A stretch of 64,000 nt of DNA. It comes from a virus. The notes beneath the pieces were generated by a model. The model had not been told where the DNA came from and searched no databases. It saw only the letters and a list, made by a program, of their open reading frames with translations. Shown piece by piece: positions 19,786 to 28,834 of the stretch. A program made the translations under genes and the position numbers. The stretch is taken from the UHGV virus genome UHGV-0021788; one strand, 5' to 3'. Position 1 is the first letter of the stretch. Each line of letters begins with the position of its first letter.

Positions 19786-20177
19786 TGGAATTAAGGGCTA
19801 TAAACAATATTAGTGATGTAATCATAAGTACAGAAAATTGTAGTAAATATTTATTAAAAACAATTAACTCTATAAAATTAATTTATTACAATAATGAAAT
19901 CTATATTAAACTATCTATTGAAGTATTTTCAGAAAAAGAAATAGAATTATATAAAAAGTTCATACAAAAAACAATAGAAGAAGAAAAAAGTGAAGTATTT
20001 ATAGATTTTTGTATAAATGAAATAGATACAAATGGTGATAGGTGTAATAAATATAATCATTTAGGTTGTTCTTATGGTATGCCAAACAATATATGTTTAT
20101 TAGAATTAAATTACACTGAAATTACATCAATAGATTATTATTTTAAAATTAATGATATTAATGAATTAAATTTATAA
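19785..20177 (+). CDS. Hypothetical protein (130 aa)
   Basis: ORF translationally coupled to previous (ATAGTGG overlap). Confidence 0.5.
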   Translation: MELRAINNISDVIISTENCSKYLLKTINSIKLIYYNNEIYIKLSIEVFSEKEIELYKKFIQKTIEEEKSEVFIDFCINEIDTNGDRCNKYNHLGCSYGMPNNICLLELNYTEITSIDYYFKINDINELNL

Positions 20178-20198
20178 TTAAAAAGGAGAGATGTTATT

Positions 20199-20408
20199 AT
20201 GGCAAAAATTTCAAAGAGTATGAGTTTTAAAAATTTTAGTTTTCGTATTAATAAAGATGAAGTATTAAATAAAGATGTTATATATTTAGTTGAAGAAACT
20301 AAAGATGACCAATTATTCCATTCATTAGATGAAATATTAGAATATTTTGCTGATGAAGATGGATTATCAATGACTATAAAAATAGAAAAGAACCTTGGCG
20401 AAGAATAG
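20199..20408 (+). CDS. Hypothetical small protein (69 aa)
   Basis: 'AAAGGAGAG' RBS 7 nt upstream of ATG. Confidence 0.5.
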   Translation: MAKISKSMSFKNFSFRINKDEVLNKDVIYLVEETKDDQLFHSLDEILEYFADEDGLSMTIKIEKNLGEE

Positions 20409-20444
20409 TAATAAAAAAGAAAAAATAATTGAGGTGAAATAATA

Positions 20445-20714
20445 GTGATAACAAGTCCAAAAAGATTAAGAAGTAAACATGGGGTATTTGAAAAAGAATA
20501 TGATATGATAGAATATCCTGAAGGTGTAGATATACAATTAGCTTATGAGTTCAATGTTTATAACTTAGGTGAGGTAAATGTAGAAATACAATTTAATGAA
20601 GAAGGAGATTTCTTAACTTTAGAACCAGGTGAAGGATTTGAAGTTTTCCTACCTATAACTCATGCTGTAGTTAAAACAAATAATAGTAGGCTAAAATATT
20701 CTTATTGGTTTTGA
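20445..20714 (+). CDS. Hypothetical small protein (89 aa)
   Basis: 'GAGGTG' RBS upstream; ORF. Confidence 0.5.
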   Translation: MITSPKRLRSKHGVFEKEYDMIEYPEGVDIQLAYEFNVYNLGEVNVEIQFNEEGDFLTLEPGEGFEVFLPITHAVVKTNNSRLKYSYWF

Positions 20715-20912
20715 TTTTTTTAAAAAAAAGAGTTTACAAAAGTGGGTAAAAATGTTATATTATATATATAAGATAAAATTATGTTTGGTTATATTAATTA
20801 TTCCTTCTAATTAGTGATTATAAAAGTATAATTAATGTTTTCCAAACAACAATATGATTTTATAATAAATATTTCATATACATCACCCCCTTTTATATAT
20901 TATATCCACTCA

Positions 20913-20947
20913 GTTCGTTTGAGTGGATATTTTTTTAAAAAAAAGAA
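20913..20947 (+). terminator. Rho-independent terminator
   Basis: 'atccactcagttcgtttgagtggat' hairpin followed by a T7 run. Confidence 0.7.
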
Positions 20948-20989
20948 ATAGTAGATATCACATCATTTGTTGTATATATAATAATTTAT

Positions 20990-21019
20990 GGTAGAAAAGT
21001 AATTTTCTACCTTTTTTTA
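20990..21019 (+). terminator. Rho-independent terminator
   Basis: 'ggtagaaaagtaattttctacc' followed by a T7 run. Confidence 0.65.
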
Positions 21020-21068
21020 TTTACTTTTAATAAGAGTTTTAGTATAATATAAGTAAAGGATAATAGTA
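21020..21068 (+). promoter_or_regulatory. Conserved promoter + RBS cassette (copy 3)
   Basis: 'tttacttttaataagagttttagtataatataagtaaagga'. Confidence 0.65.
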
Positions 21069-21090
21069 GATATAAAAGGAGAGATTGTAT

Positions 21091-22344
21091 ATGTTAGATG
21101 AAAAGTTCTTAAAAAGAGAAGATGAAACATTAGAAGAATATCAACTGAGATTATCCGTAATGAAACTAAAAGATGGAGAAGATATAGAATGGCAAGATAT
21201 TAAAGAATTATTAAACAGTGATGAACATAGAGATACGCTTAGAAGAAAAGGAAAAGGTCTTGTCATGGCTTACGATATATATGAAGAAAAGATAGCAAAA
21301 TTAGAAGATGAATATTATTATAAACTTAAAAAAATGAAAGAAAAAGTCGATGAAGAAGTAGAAGATAAAAGATTGAAAGAAATTAATAATAAAGTACTAC
21401 AACTTGAAAAAGAAAAAATAAAGCTGAAAGACCAACGTAATGATTTAAATGCTACAAAAAGAACAATAGCTAGAGTAGAACATTTAGTTGAATGTATGGA
21501 AGATAAAATAGAAGAATTAAGTAAAACTAAACCATTGCTTGAAAAAGAAATTATTAAACCAATCAATAGTACAGTTGGGATAGCAATGATATCAGATATA
21601 CATTTAGGGGTTGGAGTTGATAATGAATTATCACAATATAACCCTGAAATATGTAAGAAGAAAATGAGTTATTATATTAATGAAGTTATTAGATATGGAG
21701 AATTTAATAATATAAGTGAATTATATGTGTTAGGCTTAGGTGACTATGTTACTGGAATCATAAGAAATACAAATAGATTAGAATCAAGATTAAATATAGT
21801 TCAACAAGTTTTAACAGTAAGTGAATTGCTATCTGAATCCATTGGAAGATTATCAGAACATTTTATGTGTAAGGTAGGTTTAGTTCAAGGTAATCATGAT
21901 GAAGTTAGATTAGGTGATAAAGATAATACATTAATAGAAGAATCATTTACATTTTTTATAGATGAATATATAAAACAACGATTAAGAGAAAATAAAAATG
22001 TTGAATTTTTACCAGTTGAAGATAAAGAAAAAGAATACATAACATTTAAAATAAATGGATTAAATTTTTTTGCATCTCATGGACAAAGAGATAAAGACAG
22101 ACAACTTGATAGAACTATTGAAATGTTTGATGAAAAAATAGATGTTATATTAAGAGGTCATTTTCATCAACCATCAAAACATTATAAGAATAAAACATTA
22201 GTAATAACCAATGGGTGTTACTCAGGCGAACCATATTCGAAAAGAGCTAGATTATATACACCTAGTATTCAGAAGTTCTTAATATTTGATGAATGTGGGT
22301 TAGTATGTGATTATGACATTAATATAGATAGATATGAAAATTAA
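21091..22344 (+). CDS. Calcineurin-like metallophosphoesterase with N-terminal coiled-coil domain
   Basis: Motifs 'ISDIHLG', 'GLGDYVTG', 'GNHDE', 'ASHGQRD', 'ILRGHFHQ'. ATG at 21091 is 7 nt after 'AAAGGAGAG'; the ORF track start at 21085 is a TTG. Confidence 0.7.
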   Translation: MLDEKFLKREDETLEEYQLRLSVMKLKDGEDIEWQDIKELLNSDEHRDTLRRKGKGLVMAYDIYEEKIAKLEDEYYYKLKKMKEKVDEEVEDKRLKEINNKVLQLEKEKIKLKDQRNDLNATKRTIARVEHLVECMEDKIEELSKTKPLLEKEIIKPINSTVGIAMISDIHLGVGVDNELSQYNPEICKKKMSYYINEVIRYGEFNNISELYVLGLGDYVTGIIRNTNRLESRLNIVQQVLTVSELLSESIGRLSEHFMCKVGLVQGNHDEVRLGDKDNTLIEESFTFFIDEYIKQRLRENKNVEFLPVEDKEKEYITFKINGLNFFASHGQRDKDRQLDRTIEMFDEKIDVILRGHFHQPSKHYKNKTLVITNGCYSGEPYSKRARLYTPSIQKFLIFDECGLVCDYDINIDRYEN

Positions 22345-22524
22345 CATATATAAATTTTATTATACGGTGAGATATTATATAAAAATATTAAAAATGTAAA
22401 AAGTAGTCTTATAAAAATAGTGTAAGTTAATGTGGAAGGACGGTTTCACAGCTTACAAATTTCCTTCTTTTTTACTATACTATTCTTATAATAATCTATA
22501 TTTACTTTAATATCTCTCCGATTT

Positions 22525-22564
22525 GGGTATCATAGTCCTTTCAACTATGATACCCTTTTTTTAT
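22525..22564 (+). terminator. Rho-independent terminator / attenuator-like hairpin upstream of late genes
   Basis: 'gggtatcatagtcctttcaactatgataccc' followed by a T8 run. Confidence 0.6.
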
Positions 22565-22589
22565 TATATAAAACAGAAAGGAGAAAAAT

Positions 22590-23083
22590 ATGGCAAAAGC
22601 AAAAAAAGAAATAAAGAAAATAATATGTACTACTTGTGGAAGAGAATTGCCTGAAAAAGATTTTGGTAAATCTTACTCATTTAGAGATAAACTAAATGGA
22701 AGATTGCCAATTTGCAAAGACTGTTGTGCTAGTTTATATGATAAGCTAATGGTAGATTATCAAGATGAAATGAAAGCATTATATAGATTTTGTATGATAT
22801 TAGATTTATATTTTTCTAAGGATACAGTTATGGGATTAATAAGTAAGAATAGAAATTCCGAAAGTAATCTTGGATATTTATATGTATTAAAATATAATTT
22901 AGTACAATATAAAAATAAAACATTCCAAGATACAACGGCATTTGTAAATATATTTGGTATGACTGAAGAAGAAATGGAAGAAGCATTATATTTGAATACT
23001 GAAAAAACAAAAGAAGAAATAGAAAGAAAAACTAAAAAAATAGTTACTCCAGAAGTAATCAAGCGTTGGGGTAATTGCCCCCT
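22590..23083 (+). CDS. Exon 1 of a three-exon gene immediately upstream of terL (possible small terminase subunit; Zn-ribbon N-terminus 'CTTCGRELPEKDF...PICKDCC')
   Basis: ORF runs into the group I intron 5' region; the in-frame stop at 23091 lies inside conserved intron sequence 'ccctatgtttataaaaaacatag'. Exon end approximate. Confidence 0.5.
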
Positions 23084-23439
23084 ATGTTTATAAAAAACAT
23101 AGCAAACCTTTTGAATTGCTGGAAACCCCTAAAGCTTAATACACTACAACGTGGCTAGAAATGGCGAACGTGAATGTTACGAAAGTAGAAAAAAGTTGTT
23201 AAGATGATATATGGTTAAATCCTAAGTATTGTTAATAATGGGCAATCAGCAACTAAGATTCTAAATGATAATTTATCATATGAATAAAGTCCAACGACTA
23301 GAGCATAGCTCGTACACTCAAGCGAGTGGAAGTGGAAGGTGTCCTATAAATATAGGATAATGATATAGTCTAATCTCATATGAAAATATGAGCAGTCGAA
23401 AGACGGTATGTATGTGGCGAATACATATGAATATAAATG
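23084..23439 (+). mobile_element. Group I intron A (family 1, no ORF, ~356 nt)
   Basis: P 'gaattgctggaaa' (23117), Q 'aatcagcaac' (23243), R 'ccaacgactagag' (23292), S 'aatgatatagtc' (23360). P2 hairpin 'ctatgttt...aaacatag'; P9-like hairpin and 3' 'gaatataaatg'. Confidence 0.8.
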
Positions 23440-23809
23440 TTCAGATTTAGAGTTAGACGATTATATTTTTCTTGAAGATAGATATAATCAGATGCTTTTA
23501 GCCTATGATGATAAGAACCCTTCATCATTGTGGTCATATCAAGAAATATGTATGAATTATTTACTCCTTAGAAAAGATAGAGGAAATGTTCAACTTCAAA
23601 AAAGTATCCAAGAAATTAATAGTAAATTACAAGCAGATTGTAAAATGAAGTTATCACAAATAGATAATGATGATGATGATAATGCTTGTTTTGGAAAGTT
23701 TATAGATAAAATAGAATTATATGAACCATGTAATAAAAAATTACCATTCTTTGAAGATATAGATGGAATAAGACAATACTTAAAACGATGGAAACAAAAA
23801 GCCACGACT
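23440..23809 (+). CDS. Exon 2 of the terminase-small-like gene
   Basis: Open frame continuing from 23408 ORF; ends at 'gccacgact' before the intron B conserved block; in-frame with exon 3 by U/G-rule junctions. Confidence 0.45.
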
Positions 23810-24203
23810 GTATAGAAATATGCAGTGGACACAGATTTAATTGCAGGTAATTCCTAAAGCCTTACACCAAAACGGAAGGTGAAAACCTAAACGGCAACGG
23901 TACGAAAGTAGAAAAAACGTAAGGATGAATATAAGGTTAAATCCTAAGTATTCAAACATATTTATATATGTTAAAATGGATGTTCATGCAAGGAAGTTCT
24001 TAAGTGATATATTATTATATCATATGGAAAACCTTCAACGACTAGAGTTTAAATACTCGTAGGGTATAAGTGATTGATACTCGAAAAGGTCTGCCCTTAA
24101 CAGGTAGTGCTGAAGGTGAAGAAATAGTCTAGTCACTCTAGGAAACTAGGTGCTTAGAATTAACTAAGGTTTATAGTGTAGCGACTATAAATAAATATTA
24201 ACG
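23810..24203 (+). mobile_element. Group I intron B (family 1 variant, no ORF, ~394 nt)
   Basis: P 'taattgcaggtaattcc', Q 'ggatgttcatgcaagg', R 'ccttcaacgactagag' (24033), S 'agaaatagtctag' (24127). Its 5' and P/Q regions are near-identical to the TMP intron K. Confidence 0.75.
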
Positions 24204-24380
24204 TTCGTTTTGCCTTTTGCGAAGCAGTGGAAACTAGCTAAAAATGATGTATTAGAAGGAGAGGAAGGAATAGAGGATTATGAAGATGTAGATAAAATAT
24301 ATAATGAACAAAATAAAAATAAAGTCGAAGCAGAGAATGAAGTAGATAACGAGGTAGGTGAGGAAGACAATGACGAGTAG
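24204..24380 (+). CDS. Exon 3 of the terminase-small-like gene (acidic C-terminus '...EGEEGIEDYEDVDK...EEDNDE'), overlapping terL start
   Basis: 177-nt open frame ending TAG 24378-80, beginning directly after the intron-B terminal G. Confidence 0.45.
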   Translation, partial: FVLPFAKQWKLAKNDVLEGEEGIEDYEDVDKIYNEQNKNKVEAENEVDNEVGEEDNDE

Positions 24381-24920
24381 CGTAAAAGAAAATATCGAAG
24401 AAGAAAAAATACTTTCTGACGAAGTCATGAAAAGTCCTCATAAAAAAAGAAGAAATTTATCCCAAAGAAAAAAAGATAGATTAAATGAAGGTATGAAAAT
24501 ATGGACTGCATTCTATAGGTTAAACATCCATAGATTCGCACTCGATTTTTTGGGACTTAATTTATATCCGTTCCAAATTATATTGCTTTATATGATGAAT
24601 ATAATGTATAGCACTTGCCTAATATGTGCCAGAGGGTTATCGAAATCGTATATGACAGCAATATTTCTTTGTTGTAAAGCAATATTATATCCAAATAGTT
24701 TAATTGTAGTTTCTTGTTCAACTAAGGAGCAAGCCAGAAATCTTATAAAGGAGAAGATAGCTAAAGAACTATGTTCTCAGTCAAAAATGTTAAATAGAGA
24801 AATTGCTAAAGTAGTCACCGGTACTAATGAAACAGTGGTCATCTTCAATAACGGTAGTACTATTCAAGCGGTGAATGCTTCTCAAAATACAAGAGGTCTT
24901 AGATGTCATGTACTCGTGGT
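24358..24920 (+). CDS. Large terminase subunit, exon 1 (ATPase N-terminal part incl. Walker A)
   Basis: GTG start; 'CLICARGLSKSY' Walker A-like; ends '...RGLRCHVLVV' immediately before the expected Walker B 'DE'. Confidence 0.7.
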
Positions 24921-24989
24921 AGTAATCTGCCTAGATATACATATATATAAAAGTATATCCGTAATTGGGTAAAATCGGTAAAAGCTAAG

Positions 24990-25044
24990 TTTTACTTTAC
25001 ATTTTATAGTTATTATAGTATAATATAAGTAAGGAGGGGATATT
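24990..25044 (+). promoter_or_regulatory. Conserved promoter + RBS cassette (copy 4) inside intron C
   Basis: 'ttttactttacattttatagttattatagtataatataagtaaggagggg'. Confidence 0.6.
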
Positions 25045-25794
25045 ATGAGTAGAGTTGGTGAAAAAATTATTGATAATTATGGTGTTGAAATGGAAATTAT
25101 AGAATATACAAATTGTAAAAAAATAAAAGTAAGATTTAACGATGAATATGGAGTTATAATCAATACAAGATATGATTGTTTTATAGATAAGAGAATAAAA
25201 AACCCATATAGAAAATCATTTCAAGGAGTAGGATATATAGGTGTAGGTAAATATTCTTCAAAAAACACCGAAATAATGAATTGTTGGAGTAATATGTTAA
25301 AAAGATGTTATAAAGAAAACGGTAAAGATATAACATATGAAGATTGTTATGTTTGTGAAGAATGGCATAATTTTCAAAACTTCGCTAAATGGTATGAAGA
25401 AAATTATTATGAAGTAGATGGTAAATCTACATTTCTTGATAAGGATATATTATATAAAGGTAATAAAATATATTCTCCTGAAACTTGTGTGTTTGTACCA
25501 AGGTTAATAAATAATCTTTTTACCAAGAGACAAAATGAACGTGGCTTATATCCTATTGGTGTAGAACCATATAAAAACACAAATAAATTTATATCAATAA
25601 TTAGTGAAACTCATAGATATACAAAAACAAAAAGAACACATTTAGGTATTAGAGATACAATTGAAGAAGCATTTTATTTATATAAAATATATAAAGAAAA
25701 ATTAATAAAAGATATTGCAAATGAATATAAGAACGATATACCTAAAAAATTATATTATGCATTACATAATTATAAAGTAGAAATAACAGATTAA
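25045..25794 (+). CDS. Intron-encoded putative homing endonuclease / DNA-binding protein with AP2-like domain (different family from the other six)
   Basis: 'THLGIRDTIEEAFYLYKIYKEKL' resembles the AP2 DNA-binding domain common in phage HNH/NUMOD homing endonucleases. Lacks the 'LPFDFYLP' motif. No HNH/GIY-YIG motif recognised by eye. Confidence 0.45.
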   Translation: MSRVGEKIIDNYGVEMEIIEYTNCKKIKVRFNDEYGVIINTRYDCFIDKRIKNPYRKSFQGVGYIGVGKYSSKNTEIMNCWSNMLKRCYKENGKDITYEDCYVCEEWHNFQNFAKWYEENYYEVDGKSTFLDKDILYKGNKIYSPETCVFVPRLINNLFTKRQNERGLYPIGVEPYKNTNKFISIISETHRYTKTKRTHLGIRDTIEEAFYLYKIYKEKLIKDIANEYKNDIPKKLYYALHNYKVEITD

Positions 25795-26051
25795 ATAAAA
25801 TATGCCAATACCGAGTTAACTGATAAAATTAAAAAGTTGTCAGTAATGTAGAGCATAGAGATTGAACCTTTGTAAGAACTATTATATAATAGTTCTTTTT
25901 TGATTACAAAGAATAAAATATTTCCAAGAGTATCCAACACCTTATTGTATGAGGTGAAAATGTATGCCAAGCTTATAGGAAACTATAAGAGGTGGATGTG
26001 TGAATTGACACACTATTAATAGATAAAAAGCTCCACGATAAAACTTTGAGA

Positions 26052-26083
26052 TGAGTACAGAATGATACAAGGAGTAACATATA
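26052..26083 (+). CDS. Large terminase mini-exon 2 (32 nt) encoding '(V)DEYRMIQGVT' = Walker B
   Basis: Joining 24920|26052 gives '...VLVVDEYRMIQGV' (canonical TerL Walker B 'hhhhDE'). 5' exon ends in U, intron in G. Confidence 0.55.
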
Positions 26084-26442
26084 GCTCCCTATGTTTATAA
26101 AAAGCATAGAAAAACTCTTTAATTGCTGGAATATCCTAAAGCCAATTAAACTACAACGTAGAGTTAAAACTCAAGCGTGAACGTGGCGAAAGCAGAAAAA
26201 ATTAATTGGATAGCATAAGGTTAAATCCTAAGTGCTATAGACAATGGACAATCAGCAGGGAAGTCCCTTTAAAATGGGAAACCTTCAACGACTAGAACGC
26301 AAGTTCGTAGGGTGTAAGTGATTGACACTCGAAATGGGAGTTACCTAATTAAATAGGTAGTGATATAGTCTAGTCTTATATGAAAATATAAGCAGTTCAT
26401 AAGAGAACGTACATAATGTAGCGAATTATGTAGAATATAACG
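26084..26442 (+). mobile_element. Group I intron D (family 1, no ORF, ~359 nt)
   Basis: P 'taattgctggaat' (26120), Q 'aatcagcaggg' (26253), R 'ccttcaacgactagaac' (26293), S 'gtgatatagtctag' (26372). Confidence 0.8.
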
Positions 26443-26580
26443 GTTTTGATACCTTAAACTCAGTATTAAGACCATTCTTAAACTGTGTTAGAATACCAAA
26501 ATTTAAAAATAGAGATGATGGAAAATACGCAGATTATCCAACTGAGGAAAACCAAGAAATTTACTTAAGCAGTGCGTGGT
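26443..26580 (+). CDS. Large terminase exon 3 ('CFDTLNSVLRPFLNCVRIPKFKNRDDGKYADYPTEENQEIYLSSAW')
   Basis: Only open frame across this 138-nt segment between introns D and C'; frame-consistent with exons 2 and 4 under U/G-rule junctions. Confidence 0.5.
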
Positions 26581-26685
26581 AAATTCGTGCCACTTTATAT
26601 AGCGATATATAAAACAAATTGGGCAAAATCGGTCATAGTAAATCGTGAGATTAAGCTGATAAGAGAGACTAAGTATTGTTTAAAA

Positions 26686-26740
26686 TTTTACTTTTAATAA
26701 AAAATATAGTATAATATAAGTAATGGGGGTGAATATTAAA
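26686..26740 (+). promoter_or_regulatory. Conserved promoter + RBS cassette (copy 5)
   Basis: 'ttttacttttaataaaaaatatagtataatataagtaatggggg'. Confidence 0.6.
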
Positions 26741-27472
26741 ATGAATAAAATAACTACAGAAATAGCATTAAAACGAATTAATGATAAAATAAAAGAAACT
26801 AATACAACATTATATGTTGTTAATTTTGAATATGTAAAAAAGAAAAGTATAATTTATATGAAATGTAAAGTATGTGGAAAAGAAGTTGAAAGAGATTATT
26901 GGAGATTTATTCATGCAGGTGGAAAATGTGAATGCCAATATAAATATAGAAGATGGACTGAAGAAAGATGCATAGAATTAATAAAAAATAATGATTATAA
27001 TGATGAATATGAATTTGTAAATTTCAATACAGGAGCTAATATTACAATAAAACATAATATATGTAATCATGAATTTACTAGAGCTTCTTGGAATATAAAA
27101 GACAATGGTTTAAAATGTCCATCATGTTATCCACTTGATAGTGCAGGAGAATTGAATATTGAGAATTATTTAAAATCAAAAAATATTTTATATCAAAAAC
27201 AGAAAAGATTTAAAGGATGTAAAAATAAAAAGACATTACCATTTGATTTTTATTTACCACAATATAATTGTTGTATAGAATTCGATGGCGAACAACATTT
27301 TAAACCTGTCGAACACTTAGGTGGAGAAAAACACTATAATAATACAGTCATAAATGATGAAATAAAAAATGAATTTTGTAGAAAAAATAATATACTTTTA
27401 TTAAGAGTACCTTTTTATAAAATAAATGATGTAAATGATATTATTGAAAATTTTTTAAACAATATAAGTTAA
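26741..27472 (+). CDS. Intron-encoded modular homing endonuclease: 2 Cys/His DNA-binding-like repeats + C-terminal Vsr/DUF559-like (PD-(D/E)xK-variant) nuclease
   Basis: 'TLPFDFYLPQYNCCIEFDGEQHF...NILLLRVPF' matches the Vsr/DUF559 pattern (D...hIE.DG..H...R). ATG 26741 after 'GGGGGTG'. Confidence 0.65.
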   Translation: MNKITTEIALKRINDKIKETNTTLYVVNFEYVKKKSIIYMKCKVCGKEVERDYWRFIHAGGKCECQYKYRRWTEERCIELIKNNDYNDEYEFVNFNTGANITIKHNICNHEFTRASWNIKDNGLKCPSCYPLDSAGELNIENYLKSKNILYQKQKRFKGCKNKKTLPFDFYLPQYNCCIEFDGEQHFKPVEHLGGEKHYNNTVINDEIKNEFCRKNNILLLRVPFYKINDVNDIIENFLNNIS

Positions 27473-27712
27473 TACCGAGGTAAGATAGAAAATTAAAAAG
27501 TTCTATCCACCGTAACGCATAGAGATTGAACCTTTGTAAGAACTATTATATAATAGTTCTTTTTTAATTGCAAAGAATAAAATATCTCCAAGAGTGCCCA
27601 CTTCTATATTGTATAGAAGAAAATATATGCTGGACTGGGTATGAATCGACATACCATAATGCGAGGAAACTCCCAGAACTAGAGGATAAAAAGCCTTTAG
27701 GGTAACAAAACG

Positions 27713-28797
27713 TTGAGAATCATTGGAGTTATGACCTTTATTCTTCCCATGTTAAGAAAATGTTAGCAGGTGATGATTATTTTGTATGTAATCTGCCTTA
27801 TCAATTATCTGCCTATCATGGAATATTAACTAAAAAAAGAATACAAGATATTTTATCAGATGAGAATATGTCAGAAATATCATTTACGATGGAATTTGAA
27901 GCGTTATTTTATTCTGATAAAGATACTAGTTATTTTAAATCAAGTGATATATTACCTTGTAGAACATTAGAGTATGCATGGTATCCTCCAACACCAGAGG
28001 AATATTATAGAAATAAAAATAAAGAGAAAAAGAGTTATTATTTAAAGAAATTAAATGATAAAGAACTTAGAGTAATCAGTTGTGATATAGCTTTAATGAA
28101 CAGTAAAAATGGACATGACAATGATAATGCCGTATTTACTTTTATAAGAAGTATTCCAAAGAATCAAAATTATATATCACAAGTTTTATGGCAACAAACT
28201 CATGAAGGATACAAAGCTAAGCAATTAGCATTAAATATAAAAAGATTATATTTTGATACTCAAAGTGATTATATAGTACTAGATACTGCCGGTAGTGGTA
28301 TATCTGTATTAGATGAGTTAGGTGAATACACAACTGATGTAGAAAGAGGAATAGTTTATCCTCCATTAAAAGCAATGAATGATGAAAAATATGAAGAACG
28401 TTGTGGTTATTCAGAAGCACAAAAATCTATATTTTGTGTTAATGGTAGTACAAAGTTTAACCATGAAATTGCAGTAACTCTTAAAACAGCATTCCAAAAT
28501 AAAACCATTAGATTATTAAAAACACAATTTGAAGCAGATGATTTTATAGAGGGATATAATAAAATGTCTCCTAAAGAACAAGCTGATAAGTTGATGCCTT
28601 ATGTTCAAACTTCTTTAATGCAAGATGAAATAACTCAATTGGAATATGAAGTAAAAGATTCTTATATTAAACTTTATGAAACAACAGGTAAACGTAAAGA
28701 TAGATATTCAAGTTTAGCTTATGGTAATTACTTTATAAGAGAAAGAGAAAAAAAATTAAAGAAAAAGAAAAAAGGTGGATTAGCTAATCTATGGTAG
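27713..28797 (+). CDS. Large terminase exon 4 (nuclease domain)
   Basis: 'FENHWSYDL...RVISCDIALMNSKNGHDNDNAVFTF' (RNase-H-like nuclease first Asp motif); size and position before the portal gene. Confidence 0.7.
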
Positions 28798-28834
28798 TCT
28801 TATTAAAATATTGAGAAAGAAAGGGATGATATAA

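Larger units (their letters stand above)
24921..26051 (+). mobile_element. Group I intron C (family 2) carrying an endonuclease-like ORF
   Basis: Family-2 core: P 'aaaatcggtaaaagctaagt' (24970), Q 'aataccgag' (25807), R 'gtagagcatagagattgaacc' (25848), S 'gaaaatgtatgcc' (25960), P9 'gtggatgtgtgaattgacacac...ctccacg'. ORF inserted between P and Q. Confidence 0.75.
26581..27712 (+). mobile_element. Group I intron C' (family 2) carrying a Vsr-like homing endonuclease gene
   Basis: P 'aaaatcggtcatagtaaatcg', Q 'ataccgagg' (27473), R 'ccgtaacgcatagagattgaacc' (27513), S 'gaaaatatatgctgg' (27620); 3' 'gataaaaagcctttagggtaacaaaacg'. Confidence 0.75.

Noticed and set aside
23408-23815. ORF-track gene 23408..23815 as an independent gene starting at ATG 23408
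   Set aside because: The ATG lies inside the intron A P9 hairpin ('ggtatgtatgtggcgaatacatat'). The frame is better explained as exon 2 of the upstream gene, beginning after the intron's terminal G near 23440.
24921-26051. Considered whether the family-2 elements ('gggcaaaatcggt...gtaacgcatagag...gtggatgtgtgaattgacacac') are group II introns or GIR1-like branching ribozymes of a twin-ribozyme intron
   Set aside because: No group II domain V/VI signature is visible. Each element has its own ordered P-Q-R-S set with complementary P/Q ('TCGGT'/'ACCGA') and R/S ('GCATAG'/'TATGC') pairings and a terminal G followed by in-frame exon. The 32-nt segment between families encodes the terL Walker B. They are therefore independent group I introns of a second subgroup.
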